A stretch of DNA of 64,000 nucleotides from an uncultured archaeon (GTDB taxonomy: Archaea; Asgardarchaeota; Lokiarchaeia; Sigyniarchaeales; SOKP01). Each line of letters begins with the position of its first letter. The stretch's first letter is position 1. The DNA is taken from NCBI GenBank assembly GCA_964486045.1, contig CAZALK010000002.1, positions 64,001-128,000 on the forward strand. Direction: 5' to 3'. Below the pieces are notes generated by a model. The model did not search any database. It saw only the letters and a program-made list of their open reading frames with translations, and was not told the origin of the DNA. Position numbers and translations under genes: made by a program. Of this stretch, positions 63,501 through 64,000 are shown one piece after another.

Positions 63501-63945
63501 GTTTTTCCTCAGATTCCTTTAATTTTTCTTCTGCCATCTTACGTTTAGTTATATCAACAGAACGAACTAAATATCCTACAATCTGACCAGCATCAAGTAG
63601 AGGACTAACTTGAGCTTCAAAAAAATAATTATCCCCTTCTTTATCACGGTATCCCGTCTCATAATTGCCTAATTCACCAGTATTTAAGACTTTTTCAAAA
63701 ACCTTTTTCATATTCTCTCTATATTTTTCTAGAACGAATTGATAAATTGGTTTGCCAATCACTTCCTCAATACTTAAATCAGGGACAGTACGATTAATTA
63801 GCAATATATTGCCTTTGAGATCTAGCTGCATTATATAATCAGGAGTAAATTGAGTTATAGAACGCCATCTTTCTTCAGATTCTAACAATTTTTGAATAGT
63901 ATTTTTTTCATTAGATATTTGCTGATTTGAATTCATAAATCCCAA
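60532..63945 (-). CDS. Multi-PAS sensor histidine kinase
   Basis: About 7 PAS modules; kinase core nearly the same as 56835 (SKLKSEFLRRASHELKTPL). Confidence 0.93.
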   Translation of the reverse strand: MGFMNSNQQISNEKNTIQKLLESEERWRSITQFTPDYIMQLDLKGNILLINRTVPDLSIEEVIGKPIYQFVLEKYRENMKKVFEKVLNTGELGNYETGYRDKEGDNYFFEAQVSPLLDAGQIVGYLVRSVDITKRKMAEEKLKESEEKLRAIINGLEDPLHVINQDLEIVLINDALRESIINFNLGKILIGMTINEAFPFLPDNVLDEYRSVFNNKSPLITVECTFLDGKEITTETRKIPIFDDEENVIQIITIIRDITEAKDAELKLKESQEKWKALSENSPAHIMLLDREHRILSINRTVPDLSKEEVIGTSVYTFVPQEFHQIARDSLNSVWETGEPTTYSTNYITKEGETQFFDVWIGPVIQSGKVFALVSHSMDVTEKKQAELKLKESEEKFRGFLDFGNIGMAIISIDKKWVYYNDQICEIFGFTREELLEKTWADLSYPEDLQSDVEQFNKILKGEIDSYQIDKRYIKKNGEIIYAHLTISCIRNSDGSVKHFLATLQDITESKNAEQSLKESEKFVKNILNTVPSHVYIYDWEKNQNIYSAPHVKAILGYTPEELSGLENNVLPSILHPSDESKFNQVMEKLMSAADNEIIEGEYRFRHKNGQWVHVFDRAMVFKRNSGGQVLQILGSAIDITERVEFEKKLKESQEKWKALSENSPAHIMLLDREHRILSINRTVPDLSKEEVIGTSVYTFVPQEFHQVARNSFNSVWKTGKPVTYFTNYITKEGDVRFFEVWVGPVFQSGKVTALVGHSMDVTEKKRAELKLKESEEKYRTFVQNIQGIAFQGYQDFSVAFFDGAVEDITGYTPEDFRTGRIKWDHIIYPDDRPIIQKKVETFHSTSAETDSREYRVVRKDGELRWILEKNQKIYDNIKMIEGVQGIIVDITQSKKVEEELKELSKLKSEFLRRASHELKTPLISIKGFSDLILSLYIDQLDPVIISKLREINGGCERLQNIINNLLKTSRLESPELEPKFQKEDLSFLIKYCVHELESLAEKRNQMIKLDVHSDLYANIEKEEIHDVISNLLTNAIKYTPPKGKITIKTELKKDFVVISVKDNGIGFTSEQKKIIFQQFGKIERYGQGLDLGIDGTGLGLYIAKRIVESHQGKIWMESEGKSRGTTFYFTLPIAKK
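61825..62002. repeat. 178-bp exact intragenic repeat (second copy 62971-63148)
   Basis: Identical by manual comparison; encodes KLKESQEKWKALSENSPAH...PQEFHQ. Confidence 0.88.
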
Positions 63946-64000
63946 CTTTTAACATGTAAAATCCAGATTTTGGTTTAAAAATCTAACAAAATTAAAGTAA

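Overview
AT-rich archaeal chromosomal window, very probably Lokiarchaeia (Asgard/Promethearchaeota). This is inferred from Loki-CTERM-like IPG(Y/F)-TM-basic tails, a Loki-type LRR protein, a longin-like domain and giant multi-PAS kinases. The left half (1-34.2 kb) is a coherent redox locus. It holds two surface-anchored ethylbenzene-dehydrogenase/DOMON-like heme proteins, one with CxxxCH, and a System I cytochrome c maturation set: ccmC, an unannotated ccmD, a ccmE ending at Cys-Ser, ccmF-A-B, a TlpA thioredoxin and ccdA. Three exported proteins carry H-x(2-4)-C-H where CxxCH would be expected. Two of them are fused to a cytochrome b561-like 4-TM domain and each heads a paralogous operon with a GlcD-like FAD oxidoreductase and a CCG Fe-S protein. 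A ThiF-TusA-ThiI-like sulfur relay and hdrC-B-A-mvhD (CTG start)-FrhB/polyferredoxin complete this half. Together these suggest an uncharacterised trans-membrane/extracellular electron-transfer system built on non-canonical heme motifs (inference). The right half is plastic: three versions of the 3' end of the FrhB gene bracket an insertion hotspot, many gene relics occur, there are two PIN-type toxin-antitoxin pairs with operator-like repeats, and PAS kinases appear to swap near-identical modules. No rRNA, tRNA, CRISPR, transposase or selenocysteine codon was recognised.
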